Of a stretch of 13,439 nt of DNA, positions 6,442-13,309 are shown piece by piece. The number at the start of each line of letters is the position of its first letter. The stretch's first letter is position 1. A model generated the notes under the pieces. It had not been told where the DNA came from. It ran no database searches and was given only the letters and a program-made list of their open reading frames with translations. This stretch comes from an uncultured Nitrososphaerota archaeon (GTDB lineage: Archaea > Korarchaeota > Korarchaeia > Korarchaeales > Korarchaeaceae), in the NCBI GenBank assembly GCA_964480775.1, contig CAYZRF010000034.1:1-13439 (forward strand), written 5' to 3'. The translations under genes were made by a program, and so were the position numbers.

Positions 6442-6466
6442 ATGGATCCCTTGAAGTTTTCCAACT

Positions 6467-6475
6467 TCTTTTAAA
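6467..6475 (-). promoter_or_regulatory. TATA-like box for paralog B (minus-strand TTTAAAAGA)
   Basis: Its 3' edge is 26 nt upstream of ATG 6441, which implies a leaderless or near-leaderless mRNA. The same 9-mer lies upstream of paralog A. Confidence 0.5.
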
Positions 6476-6577
6476 GGGAAACTAATCTTAAAAGATTTCC
6501 TTTCTACAGGAGTTTTCTGCTAATGGCTTCACTCTAACTACCAACTTTAACACAGAATAAGAAACTATTTTGGCAAG

Positions 6578-6587
6578 TTTTAATTAA
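6578..6587 (+). promoter_or_regulatory. TATA-like box (TTTTAATTAA) for the GTPase gene
   Basis: Centred about 29 nt upstream of ATG 6612 (about 23 nt from TTG 6606). Consistent with a leaderless transcript from the divergent 6442-6605 spacer. Confidence 0.45.
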
Positions 6588-6605
6588 CAGACAGTTGTCC
6601 ATTAC

Positions 6606-8186
6606 TTGATCATGAAAAGAGAAACAGAGGAAGGCAAAATAGAGTACAAGCTTAAGCTAAACGCACAAACAGAGGAAAGATTGCAAAAACTGGCAACACA
6701 ACTTGCTTACAGGTTAGGTGAAGGCGGTGGGGAGGCCTTTTACGAGCTTGGAGTCTCTGATGATGGAGAACCGCTTGGTTTGACTGAAGAAGAGGCAAGG
6801 GAATCGTTTAAAATTATGGAACAAATAAGTAAGACGGTAGGAGCTTCCTTTATAGTCGTTAGAAAGGAAAAAGCGAAGAGAGGTTATGTGTATGAACTTC
6901 TTGTGAGGAAAACAGTTGATTCTCCACCTATTCAAATATCTGTAGCGCTTCTGGGAAACGTAGATGCAGGAAAATCCACCCTAAAGGGCGTACTAGTTTA
7001 CGGAACCCTTGATGACGGCGATGGAAAGGCAATGAGCTTGGTTGCCAAGTACTTACACGAGCTAAAGTTCAGAAGGTCATCATCCGTTTCAGTTCATGTC
7101 CTTGGTTTCAATGAAATGGGAGAGTCCATCAATGACTCCCTTAGAACTTACGATGAGGCCAAGGTGTACTTAGAAGGGTCAAAAATAGTCACTCTGATAG
7201 ACCTTGCTGGTCATGAGAGGTATTTGAAAACAACGATGAGAGGAGTTCTTGGACATCTCCCTGACTACACTTGCATGGTAGTTGGTGCCAACGCGGGTCC
7301 AATAGGCACGTTTAGAGAACACTTAGGAATGACCGTTGCCCTTGGAATACCTTGCTTCGTTGTGATCACAAAGGTAGATATGGCTCCCCAAGCAGTGCTG
7401 GAGAGAAACTTGGAAAAGGTTATACACCTCTTAAAGTTACCAGGAATTAACAAAATACCCTTCATAATAAGAAGCAAGAATGATGCAGCTATTGCAGCAA
7501 GACACATGCCCCATGGAAGGGTAGCCCCCATATTCCTTATCTCAAATGTCACTGGTCAGGGCTTGCAGGAACTCAAAGCATTTCTCAACATGCTCCCACC
7601 AAAAATAGACTGGCACGAGAGGGCTAAAGGAAAGTTCCTGTGCTACATCGATGAGAAGTTTGATGTGTCTGGAGTTGGGCTTGTGGTTGCGGGTTTGGTG
7701 GAGGAGGGAACCGTTAAGAGCGGAGACCGAGTGCTTCTTGGACCCTTTGATGATGGATCCTTCAGAACTGTAAGGGTTAAGTCAATAGAGGTGAACAGAG
7801 TCCGAGTTGAAAGGGCTGAGGCAGGACAAATCGCAGCTTACGCAATTACAAACGCCAAGTATGAGGAAATAAGAAGAGGAATGGTATTGCTAGATCTTGA
7901 TGCCACGCCTGTAGCTGTAAGAAAGTTTAGGGCTCACATAAGGGTTCTGCATCACCCAACAACCATAAAAGTCGGATATGAGCCAGTTATTCAGATGAAA
8001 ACGATAAGGCAAGCCGCAAGACTCGTAAATACCACGAATAAATTCCTGAGAAGCGGAGACACCGATATGGTTGAGTTTTACTTCATTCTTAGACCAGAGT
8101 ATGTCAGGAAGGGAGATGTATTCTTCTTCAGGGAAGGTAGGACAAAGGGTATAGGAACGGTGGTTGGGATTAGTGGAACATCCTAA
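6606..8186 (+). CDS. GTPBP1-like (GP-1 family) translational-type GTPase, EF-1alpha/SelB-related
   Basis: 526 aa. G1 GNVDAGKST (nt 6954-6980, verified), G3 DLAGHERY, G4 TKVD (T instead of N, as I recall for GTPBP1 proteins). Has a roughly 110-aa N-terminal extension, then beta-barrel domains II/III (GVGLVVAGLVEEGTVKSGDRVLLGP...). The track start is TTG 6606; ATG 6612 is equally or more likely. Confidence 0.85.
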   Translation: MIMKRETEEGKIEYKLKLNAQTEERLQKLATQLAYRLGEGGGEAFYELGVSDDGEPLGLTEEEARESFKIMEQISKTVGASFIVVRKEKAKRGYVYELLVRKTVDSPPIQISVALLGNVDAGKSTLKGVLVYGTLDDGDGKAMSLVAKYLHELKFRRSSSVSVHVLGFNEMGESINDSLRTYDEAKVYLEGSKIVTLIDLAGHERYLKTTMRGVLGHLPDYTCMVVGANAGPIGTFREHLGMTVALGIPCFVVITKVDMAPQAVLERNLEKVIHLLKLPGINKIPFIIRSKNDAAIAARHMPHGRVAPIFLISNVTGQGLQELKAFLNMLPPKIDWHERAKGKFLCYIDEKFDVSGVGLVVAGLVEEGTVKSGDRVLLGPFDDGSFRTVRVKSIEVNRVRVERAEAGQIAAYAITNAKYEEIRRGMVLLDLDATPVAVRKFRAHIRVLHHPTTIKVGYEPVIQMKTIRQAARLVNTTNKFLRSGDTDMVEFYFILRPEYVRKGDVFFFREGRTKGIGTVVGISGTS

Positions 8187-8200
8187 AAGCTAAACTAGCC

Positions 8201-8254
8201 GATTTTATTGCTATCAGTCTTATTTGAGATTTTATTTCTTTTTTACGAGCTAAA
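8201..8254. terminator. T-rich bidirectional terminator region between convergent genes
   Basis: Plus-strand runs TTTT (8203-8206) and TTTATTTCTTTTTT (8231-8244) follow the GTPase stop. The AAAA at 8251-8254 gives a T-run for the minus-strand DUF167 gene. Confidence 0.45.
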
Positions 8255-8262
8255 ATGTCGGG

Positions 8263-8481
8263 CTATTCCTCTATTTCAAAAACCTTGTTTCTGGAGGTTG
8301 TCCCACGAATTAGTCGCACCTTAGAAGGGCTAACTCCGAAATGCTTGGCTATTATTTTAATGGCTTCCTCATTCGCCTTTCCTCTTTCAGGAGAGGATCT
8401 AACCCTCACAACTATCTCTCCATATTCCTCGGTTATGCTCGGAGACTTGGATTTTGGAATTACCTTAACTCGAATCCTCAA
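8263..8481 (-). CDS. DUF167 / YggU-family (UPF0235) small protein
   Basis: 72 aa with a TTG start. The sequence RIRVKVIPKSK...IVVRVRSSPERGKANEEAIKIIAKHFGVSPSKVRLIRGTTSRNKVFEI matches the remembered family signature (P-x-x-GKAN ... G-x-t-S-R-x-K). The plus-strand ORF 8255..8530 is its antisense shadow. Confidence 0.8.
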   Translation of the reverse strand: MRIRVKVIPKSKSPSITEEYGEIVVRVRSSPERGKANEEAIKIIAKHFGVSPSKVRLIRGTTSRNKVFEIEE

Positions 8482-8567
8482 GGCAAACCCAACCGATAGG
8501 AATGCTTCAAGATTAAAGCATTTAACTTAGATATTCCCGTATCTTATACTCGAGAAGGAGTGAAAAA

Positions 8568-8843
8568 TTGGGAAGGGCTCAATACCACATAGGTCTCGTC
8601 ATATTGTTTGCAGCAGCATTTGCAGGCCTTTATCTTTACAGAACATACTACATCAAGCCAACTCCGACACCAACTCCTACCTTGCCTCCTGAGCAAAGGA
8701 AGTTCGTTGACTACGCAGCAAACTTCGGTTTGTCGCAACAGAACGCTCTACAGCTTTACGGAATTCAAGTAGTGCAAGAAACACCGTCATCGCAGCTCCA
8801 ACAAAGATATCTGATAGCTCGGTTATTTAGTAGAATTATTTAA
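8568..8843 (+). CDS. Hypothetical small single-pass membrane protein with a (Thr-Pro)4 linker
   Basis: 91 aa. The TTG start has GGAG 8 nt upstream (8556-8559). TM helix HIGLVILFAAAFAGLYLY is followed by PTPTPTPTLPP and a Gln-rich tail. No recognisable family. It competes with antisense ORF 8544..8738. Confidence 0.4.
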   Translation: MGRAQYHIGLVILFAAAFAGLYLYRTYYIKPTPTPTPTLPPEQRKFVDYAANFGLSQQNALQLYGIQVVQETPSSQLQQRYLIARLFSRII

Positions 8844-8858
8844 ATAATAGTAAATAAT
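8841..8858 (+). promoter_or_regulatory. Tandem TAAATAAT direct repeat (10-nt period) upstream of vapB; TATA-like and possible antitoxin operator
   Basis: TAAATAATAG/TAAATAATCT lies at 8841-8860, 12-29 nt upstream of ATG 8870. AbrB-type antitoxins commonly autoregulate at repeats overlapping their promoter. Confidence 0.35.
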
Positions 8859-8869
8859 CTTCCATAGTA

Positions 8870-9109
8870 ATGACTAGGGTGAAGGTCACTAGAAGCTATC
8901 AGGTCACGATACCCAAAGAGATAAGGGAAAGAATAGGGCTAAAGGAAGGAGATTACTTACAAGTTGAAGTTGACGACGAAGGAAGGATAATAATGTCTAA
9001 ATCTAGGAGAGAAAGGAGGACTTTGAGAGCTGGTAGGCCTCTTAAGCCTGATGAGATAGAGAAGCTCATAGAGCTTGGAATCAAGAGAAGTCTCATTTCT
9101 GGTGAGTAA
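8870..9109 (+). CDS. vapB: AbrB/SpoVT-fold antitoxin (VapB-like)
   Basis: 79 aa. VKVTRSYQVTIPKEIRERIGLKEGDYLQVEVDDEGRIIM is a classic swapped-hairpin AbrB/MazE N-terminal motif. The basic/acidic C-terminal tail, small size and overlap with a PIN gene fit an antitoxin. Confidence 0.85.
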   Translation: MTRVKVTRSYQVTIPKEIRERIGLKEGDYLQVEVDDEGRIIMSKSRRERRTLRAGRPLKPDEIEKLIELGIKRSLISGE

Positions 9110-9542
9110 ATTGGCATCAGCAGTGTTGGATACCAACGTCATCGTGTACGACACATTCGAGGACTCGTTGTATCACGAGATGGCCAGAGAACTCCTGGAC
9201 TCCCTCGACGTGTGGGTCCTACCTCTGATAGTGCTATACGAGTATGTCTGGTTGATGAAAGAGCTAGGCGTTAACCTTGAGGACATCTCAGCTAAAGTGT
9301 ATGAGTACGCTTGGGACCCTAAGGCTAGGGTTACTTCAGGAGGAAAGGACGCAGTTAGGTGGGCTTTAGCGGATCTCATGGAGGAGAGGCTATCCGCATC
9401 TAGGTTCAACGATAAGGTGGTATTGTCAGTAGCCGAGAGGGAAGGAATTCCTCTAGCTACTTTTGACAGGGGGCTGAGAGTTCAGGCTCATAGGGTAAAC
9501 GTAGAGGTGCTCCCTATCTCTATTGATGTGCATGAATCTTGA
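9102..9542 (+). CDS. vapC: PIN-domain ribonuclease toxin (VapC-like)
   Basis: The track ORF starts at 9075. The likely start is GTG 9102, overlapping the vapB stop by 8 nt (GTGAGTAA), or TTG 9111. Conserved PIN acidic residues in expected contexts: VLDTNVIVY, LYEYVW, FNDKVV, LATFD. Confidence 0.85.
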   Translation: MSKLASAVLDTNVIVYDTFEDSLYHEMARELLDSLDVWVLPLIVLYEYVWLMKELGVNLEDISAKVYEYAWDPKARVTSGGKDAVRWALADLMEERLSASRFNDKVVLSVAEREGIPLATFDRGLRVQAHRVNVEVLPISIDVHES

Positions 9543-9917
9543 GATTATTTGCTTGATCTCAGCACCGTCTCTTGTTAGTTCCAAGGACTCTTATTCTCTC
9601 CAATTTCTTCCTAAGGATGCCCCCTATCCCTATTTTGCTAGCCGAAGACTGCTTGCAAACTCAAGTAGCATGCGACGATGCCTGTTAGAGCTGTTTGAGG
9701 GATTATATGGGATGCTAACCACCAGAAATAGACAGGGCAGGAAGAAAGGATTATCGGGTTAACAAGACTAAATGCAAGTTAAAGCTCCATAGATTCGACG
9801 TATCATTTGCTGAAGACGAAATATAATCACTGTTTTCAAATAATATATCCTGATGTTGTTGGTTAATCCGAGATGCCAGTATAAACCTTAAAGAACCCTA
9901 GCTATTTTCTATCAAGA

Positions 9918-12254
9918 ATGAACTCTTATCGGTGCATTGTTCTCCTAATTGTGCTTTTCTTAACTAATATTACTCCTTTGTTCTCCCAACGAGAAGTTTC
10001 CAGCTTTTTGGAATTATATGGAGTAAGAGCAGTTCAACTGGACTTGGACTTAATTTATGACCCAAACCAGGTCGAATTTAGAAGGAGAGTTGATCTTGTA
10101 CTTGATAGACTGATTTCGATAGGTGCTAATTTAGTTCTCCTTCAAGTTTTTCAAGATCCAGATGGAGACGGTTCCGCCAACGGAGTCTACTTCAAGACAG
10201 ACATGGCTCCAAGTTTAGATGCTTTAGGAACATTCTTGGAGGAGGCAAGAGAGAGGAACATCAAGATTTTTGCGTGGATGACCACACTAACATGTTCTTG
10301 GGTATTAGAGGAACATCCAAACTGGGAAATCTTGTCCTTCGATCCCGATTCAGGGAGTTATGTCACGGGGAAGTACTGGTACAGGAGAGCTTCACCATTC
10401 TGTGACGACTTTGTGGCATATTTAAGGGATCTTTATGCTGATCTTGCCTCCTACCCGCTAGACGGAATTCTTCTACAAGATGATCTCTACTTAGGCGAGT
10501 GGGAAGATTTCAGCGAATGGGCTAGATCAGCATTTAGGAAAGAATACGGATTAGAACTGACACCCTCGTTGTTAAAGATGGGAGGTTGGAGGGAAAAATG
10601 GATTAATTGGAAAGCAGAGCGACTTATGCACATTGCAAGGATTTTAGAGGAAACAGTTAAGGAAAGGAGACCTGAAGCCATCTTTTCAATCGATGTGTAC
10701 TCTGATGTGCTCATATATGATGACGCCTCTTCTTGGCTAGCTCAAGACAAGAACCTCCTTGCAAATTCGGATTTTTTCATGGTGATAATGGCCTATCCAT
10801 TTTTGGAAAATGCAGATAATCCAGAAGAGTGGATGGAAGCTGTAGCAAGGGAAGCCGTTACTGTATTTGGAAAAGGAAAAACTCTGATAAAGGTACAATC
10901 TTACGACTGGAAAAATGAATTGTGGATCCCTTCTAATGTTTTTAGTTCGATCATAGAAGCAGCATATGAAGGAGGAGCCGTAAATGTGGGGTACTATCCT
11001 GAAGACCCGTTTTCAGGAATTCCAGACGCTCAAACAGTTAGGAATGCCTTCTTAGTTTATGGAACAACTCCATCAAGACCCGTTCATGTTCTTATGCTTT
11101 CTAACTCAGTAGATTTGCCAGCGGCAAGAAAACTTGCTGTCAACATCGGAAGGCACGGAGTATTGGTGACATTAACTAACGAAAATGTAAACATTTCTCG
11201 AGGTGCTATGATAATTCTTGGGGGTCCTAAAGCATATGAGGGCATAGGAGATATTTCAAACGGTTATTTGCCAAAACCCCAGGCTGAAAAGCTTATTTCA
11301 GAGGAAGATTCGATGGTTTCGATTGTTAGCAGGAAGAATGAAATAGACTATGTGATAATAGCCGGACACACAAGAATAGAAACTGCTAGAGCAGCGTCAG
11401 AATTTCCTGCGCCATGGATAAGGCTTACAGCCCTTTCTGACTACATTCTGGGTTGTAGACCAGTGAGACTAGGACCTGTAGTTTATTCTTATCAGGGGGT
11501 TACTTTCGAAGACCTGAGCAAGGTAAACGCAACAATTCTCGTCGTAGATCCAGATGATTCGAGATTAAGCAAGGAGGACACAGTTAAACTCCACGAGCAG
11601 GGGAAGACTGTTATAGCATATCTAAGCATAGGGCAAGCAGAATCTTACAGATCATACTGGGACGATAAATGGGAACTGGATACACCTCGCTGGCTGGGAA
11701 CAGAGGATCTGGAGTGGCCTGAGAACTATTGGGTTAGGTACTGGGACCAAGAATGGAAGAATATTGTGTTTACTTGCTTGCATGAAATTATCGAAAAAGG
11801 CTTCGATGGAGTCTTATTGGACAGAGTTGACGCATACGAGTATTGGGAGGACAAAGGCGTGCTAGACGCCAAACAGAAGATGCTGAATTTCGTTTTAGAA
11901 ATATCAGCGAGGGCAAAGCAAGAGAGATGTTTCCTCATAATTCCTCAAAACGCTGAGGAGCTGATAGAGGACCATCATTACTTGGAAGCGATAGATGGGG
12001 TAAGTTCTGAAGATGTCTGGACCATTGGAAACGATGAGAGACCTCAAGATGAGGTTGAACTCAGGTTGAACACACTAGATAGAATTATCTCACGTGGAAA
12101 ATTAGTATTGGTCTTAGATTATCCTTCTTCGGCTAAAATGAGGGAGATATTCTGCTTAAAGGCGAGGGAAAGGGGATATATTCCATATTCCTCCTCAATC
12201 GACCTTTCAGGCATAAATTACGATTTCCTAAATAGGTGCTGGGAAGCCCCCTAA
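9918..12254 (+). CDS. Secreted two-module polysaccharide-processing protein: PgaB-C-terminal-like (GHL13) domain + alpha/beta linker domain + GH114/TM1410-MJ1477-like domain
   Basis: 778 aa. Signal peptide: MNSYRCIVLLIVLFLTNITPLFSQ. Module 1 (about nt 10020-11012): AVQLDLDLIYDP...LISIGANLVLLQVFQDPDGDGSANGVYFKT...IKIFAWM...LDGILLQDDLYL, which matches my memory of the PgaB C-terminal domain (VDLDYVYDPD, LQAFADPDGDG, AWMP, DGILFHDD). Module 3 (about nt 11460-12212): ILVVDPDD...VIAYLSIGQAESYRSYW...NYWVRYWDQEWKNI...GFDGVLLDRVDAYEYW, the GH114/TM1410-type signature. The middle domain (about nt 11070-11417) is unassigned. No C-terminal anchor. Confidence 0.85.
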   Translation: MNSYRCIVLLIVLFLTNITPLFSQREVSSFLELYGVRAVQLDLDLIYDPNQVEFRRRVDLVLDRLISIGANLVLLQVFQDPDGDGSANGVYFKTDMAPSLDALGTFLEEARERNIKIFAWMTTLTCSWVLEEHPNWEILSFDPDSGSYVTGKYWYRRASPFCDDFVAYLRDLYADLASYPLDGILLQDDLYLGEWEDFSEWARSAFRKEYGLELTPSLLKMGGWREKWINWKAERLMHIARILEETVKERRPEAIFSIDVYSDVLIYDDASSWLAQDKNLLANSDFFMVIMAYPFLENADNPEEWMEAVAREAVTVFGKGKTLIKVQSYDWKNELWIPSNVFSSIIEAAYEGGAVNVGYYPEDPFSGIPDAQTVRNAFLVYGTTPSRPVHVLMLSNSVDLPAARKLAVNIGRHGVLVTLTNENVNISRGAMIILGGPKAYEGIGDISNGYLPKPQAEKLISEEDSMVSIVSRKNEIDYVIIAGHTRIETARAASEFPAPWIRLTALSDYILGCRPVRLGPVVYSYQGVTFEDLSKVNATILVVDPDDSRLSKEDTVKLHEQGKTVIAYLSIGQAESYRSYWDDKWELDTPRWLGTEDLEWPENYWVRYWDQEWKNIVFTCLHEIIEKGFDGVLLDRVDAYEYWEDKGVLDAKQKMLNFVLEISARAKQERCFLIIPQNAEELIEDHHYLEAIDGVSSEDVWTIGNDERPQDEVELRLNTLDRIISRGKLVLVLDYPSSAKMREIFCLKARERGYIPYSSSIDLSGINYDFLNRCWEAP

Positions 12255-12304
12255 TATCTTACTGAATTTAACACGAATAGTTACATGGCTCAACCTTAGA
12301 ACTT

Positions 12305-12325
12305 CCTTTTATCTCTCTAAAAAAG
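12305..12325. terminator. Bidirectional T-run/A-run terminator region between convergent genes
   Basis: CTTTT-atctctcta-AAAAAG. TTTT (12307-12310) serves the plus-strand gene. The A6 run (12319-12324) gives T6 on the minus strand downstream of the DUF166-like stop. Confidence 0.4.
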
Positions 12326-12378
12326 TGCACCATACTTGAGAACAGCAAAAGTAATAGTAGTTGACGACAACAACTGTT

Positions 12379-13086
12379 TCACGCATTTCCTGCCGTGCGT
12401 AAGGCTTCTTCAACTGCCTCTCTTATTAAATACTGGGATTTATGCAGTATGGCGTCCCCTAGCTCCGAATCTACCTTCATGCTTGCCAGACATGGGTAAG
12501 AGTGGTGAGCCTTAGCTAGCTCCTCCCAAAGCTTTTCTCTGGGCTCGATATGTGTTCCAACCAGCTTCTCAGCTATGTAGCAAGTAGAGCCACAGGGAGA
12601 TCCTTTTAAGACATCTATCTTCACAATTCGTCCCCCATCAACCCCTACCTTAAGTCGAGGTCTTCCAAACTTACTGGCGAACTCATCTATGATGGGATTC
12701 CCTATTTCCTTCAAGCTACAGAGGGGTTTTGGAAAGGCTGAAACAACACCTTTTTCCATAAATTCCTGCTCGAGCTGTCTCCTTAGCCCAGGAGGAACCC
12801 AACCAGGATCATCGATAGCCACAATGACTGCCTTTGCTCCTGCCTTCTCCACGATCTCGGGTAGGAGAGTCTGAAGCTCAGCAGGAATCCCTAAGGATAG
12901 GATAAGATCACACCGAGGTACATCTGGAAGAAAGTTTGAATCTAAATCATCTAGAATATTAAACGGTACCTCTCCAAACTCATGTATACCCCAAAACCAC
13001 TCCGAATATCCTTCTTTACAGATATGATTGATAATCCTTCTCCCGTAGAGGTCATCCTCCATTATCATGGCGAAAACTCTCAGCAC
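12379..13086 (-). CDS. DUF166-like Cys-containing protein (uncharacterised; some family members are annotated as thymidylate-synthase-like)
   Basis: 235 aa, GTG start. N-terminal strand plus YGRRI, then KGSPCGSTCYIAEKLVG and HHSYPCLASM motifs as I remember for DUF166. The family call is from memory only. The ORF itself is long with coherent codon usage. Confidence 0.6.
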   Translation of the reverse strand: MLRVFAMIMEDDLYGRRIINHICKEGYSEWFWGIHEFGEVPFNILDDLDSNFLPDVPRCDLILSLGIPAELQTLLPEIVEKAGAKAVIVAIDDPGWVPPGLRRQLEQEFMEKGVVSAFPKPLCSLKEIGNPIIDEFASKFGRPRLKVGVDGGRIVKIDVLKGSPCGSTCYIAEKLVGTHIEPREKLWEELAKAHHSYPCLASMKVDSELGDAILHKSQYLIREAVEEALRTAGNA

Positions 13087-13280
13087 CTTTCTTCGTTCTC
13101 AATAAATGCAGGAAATACATAAAAAACTCTCATTTCTTATATTACAGCGTATAGATTGCCTTAAGAAGATATCTAAAAGTACTATTAGCTAAGATGCCTG
13201 AAATAAGAGTTAAACAAATCTATCCCTTATCAGACTGCTCCTAATCAAACGGTATTCTCCTTTATGCTGATGATATGTCC

Positions 13281-13291
13281 TTTTTTTATTT
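13281..13291 (+). promoter_or_regulatory. TATA-like box (TTTTTTTATTT) for the downstream amidohydrolase gene
   Basis: Centred about 24 nt upstream of ATG 13310, consistent with a leaderless mRNA. Confidence 0.4.
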
Positions 13292-13309
13292 TGAAGGATT
13301 TGCTTCTCG

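Noticed and set aside
6606-8186. GTPase as selenocysteine elongation factor aSelB
   Set aside because: It has a long N-terminal extension and a TKxD G4 motif like GTPBP1-type proteins, with no obvious SelB-specific C-terminal extension. No other selenoprotein machinery or in-frame TGA genes are visible in the window.
8255-8530. Plus-strand 91-aa ORF opposite the DUF167 gene
   Set aside because: The minus-strand frame has the YggU/DUF167 signature (GKAN...G.TSR.K). The plus-strand product is featureless.
8544-8738. Minus-strand 64-aa Cys-rich ORF (…CKCCCKQ…)
   Set aside because: The Cys richness arises from reading the antisense of GCA/ACA-rich codons. The plus-strand frame has a proper TM helix, an SD-like GGAG and a TP linker. 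Both remain low confidence, so only the plus-strand ORF is listed.
9523-9762. 79-aa ORF following and overlapping vapC
   Set aside because: It starts inside vapC, has no SD or TATA context, no motif, and a Ser/Leu/Arg-rich low-complexity composition. The region is treated as non-coding and flagged as a finding.
8870-9780. vapBC as a compositional (GC-rich) island
   Set aside because: Hand counts give 29/60 and 34/60 G+C for 9121-9180 and 9181-9240, versus 20/60 for 9961-10020. However, the GTPase gene reaches 34/60 at 7681-7740. Local variation is too large to call an island without a proper window scan.
9785-9800. GTCGAATC on the minus strand as a possible tRNA T-loop fragment or integration att remnant
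   Set aside because: It is one base short of the GTTCGAATC consensus. There is no flanking T-stem complementarity, no acceptor-like sequence and no integrase nearby.
9850-9917. Possible C/D-box sRNA (CTGATGT at about 9850)
   Set aside because: There is a C-box-like UGAUGU, but no downstream CUGA D or D' box within 70 nt, and no terminal stem.
1546-12874. Antisense or off-frame ORFs nested inside the long genes: 1546..1776, 2012..2242, 3983..4204, 4487..4735, 4545..4748, 5552..5893, 6714..6935, 7265..7552, 8957..9154, 9173..9409, 10487..10714, 11726..11938, 12689..12874
   Set aside because: Each lies within or mostly within a longer ORF that has strong domain signatures. None shows a recognisable motif, promoter or plausible composition.
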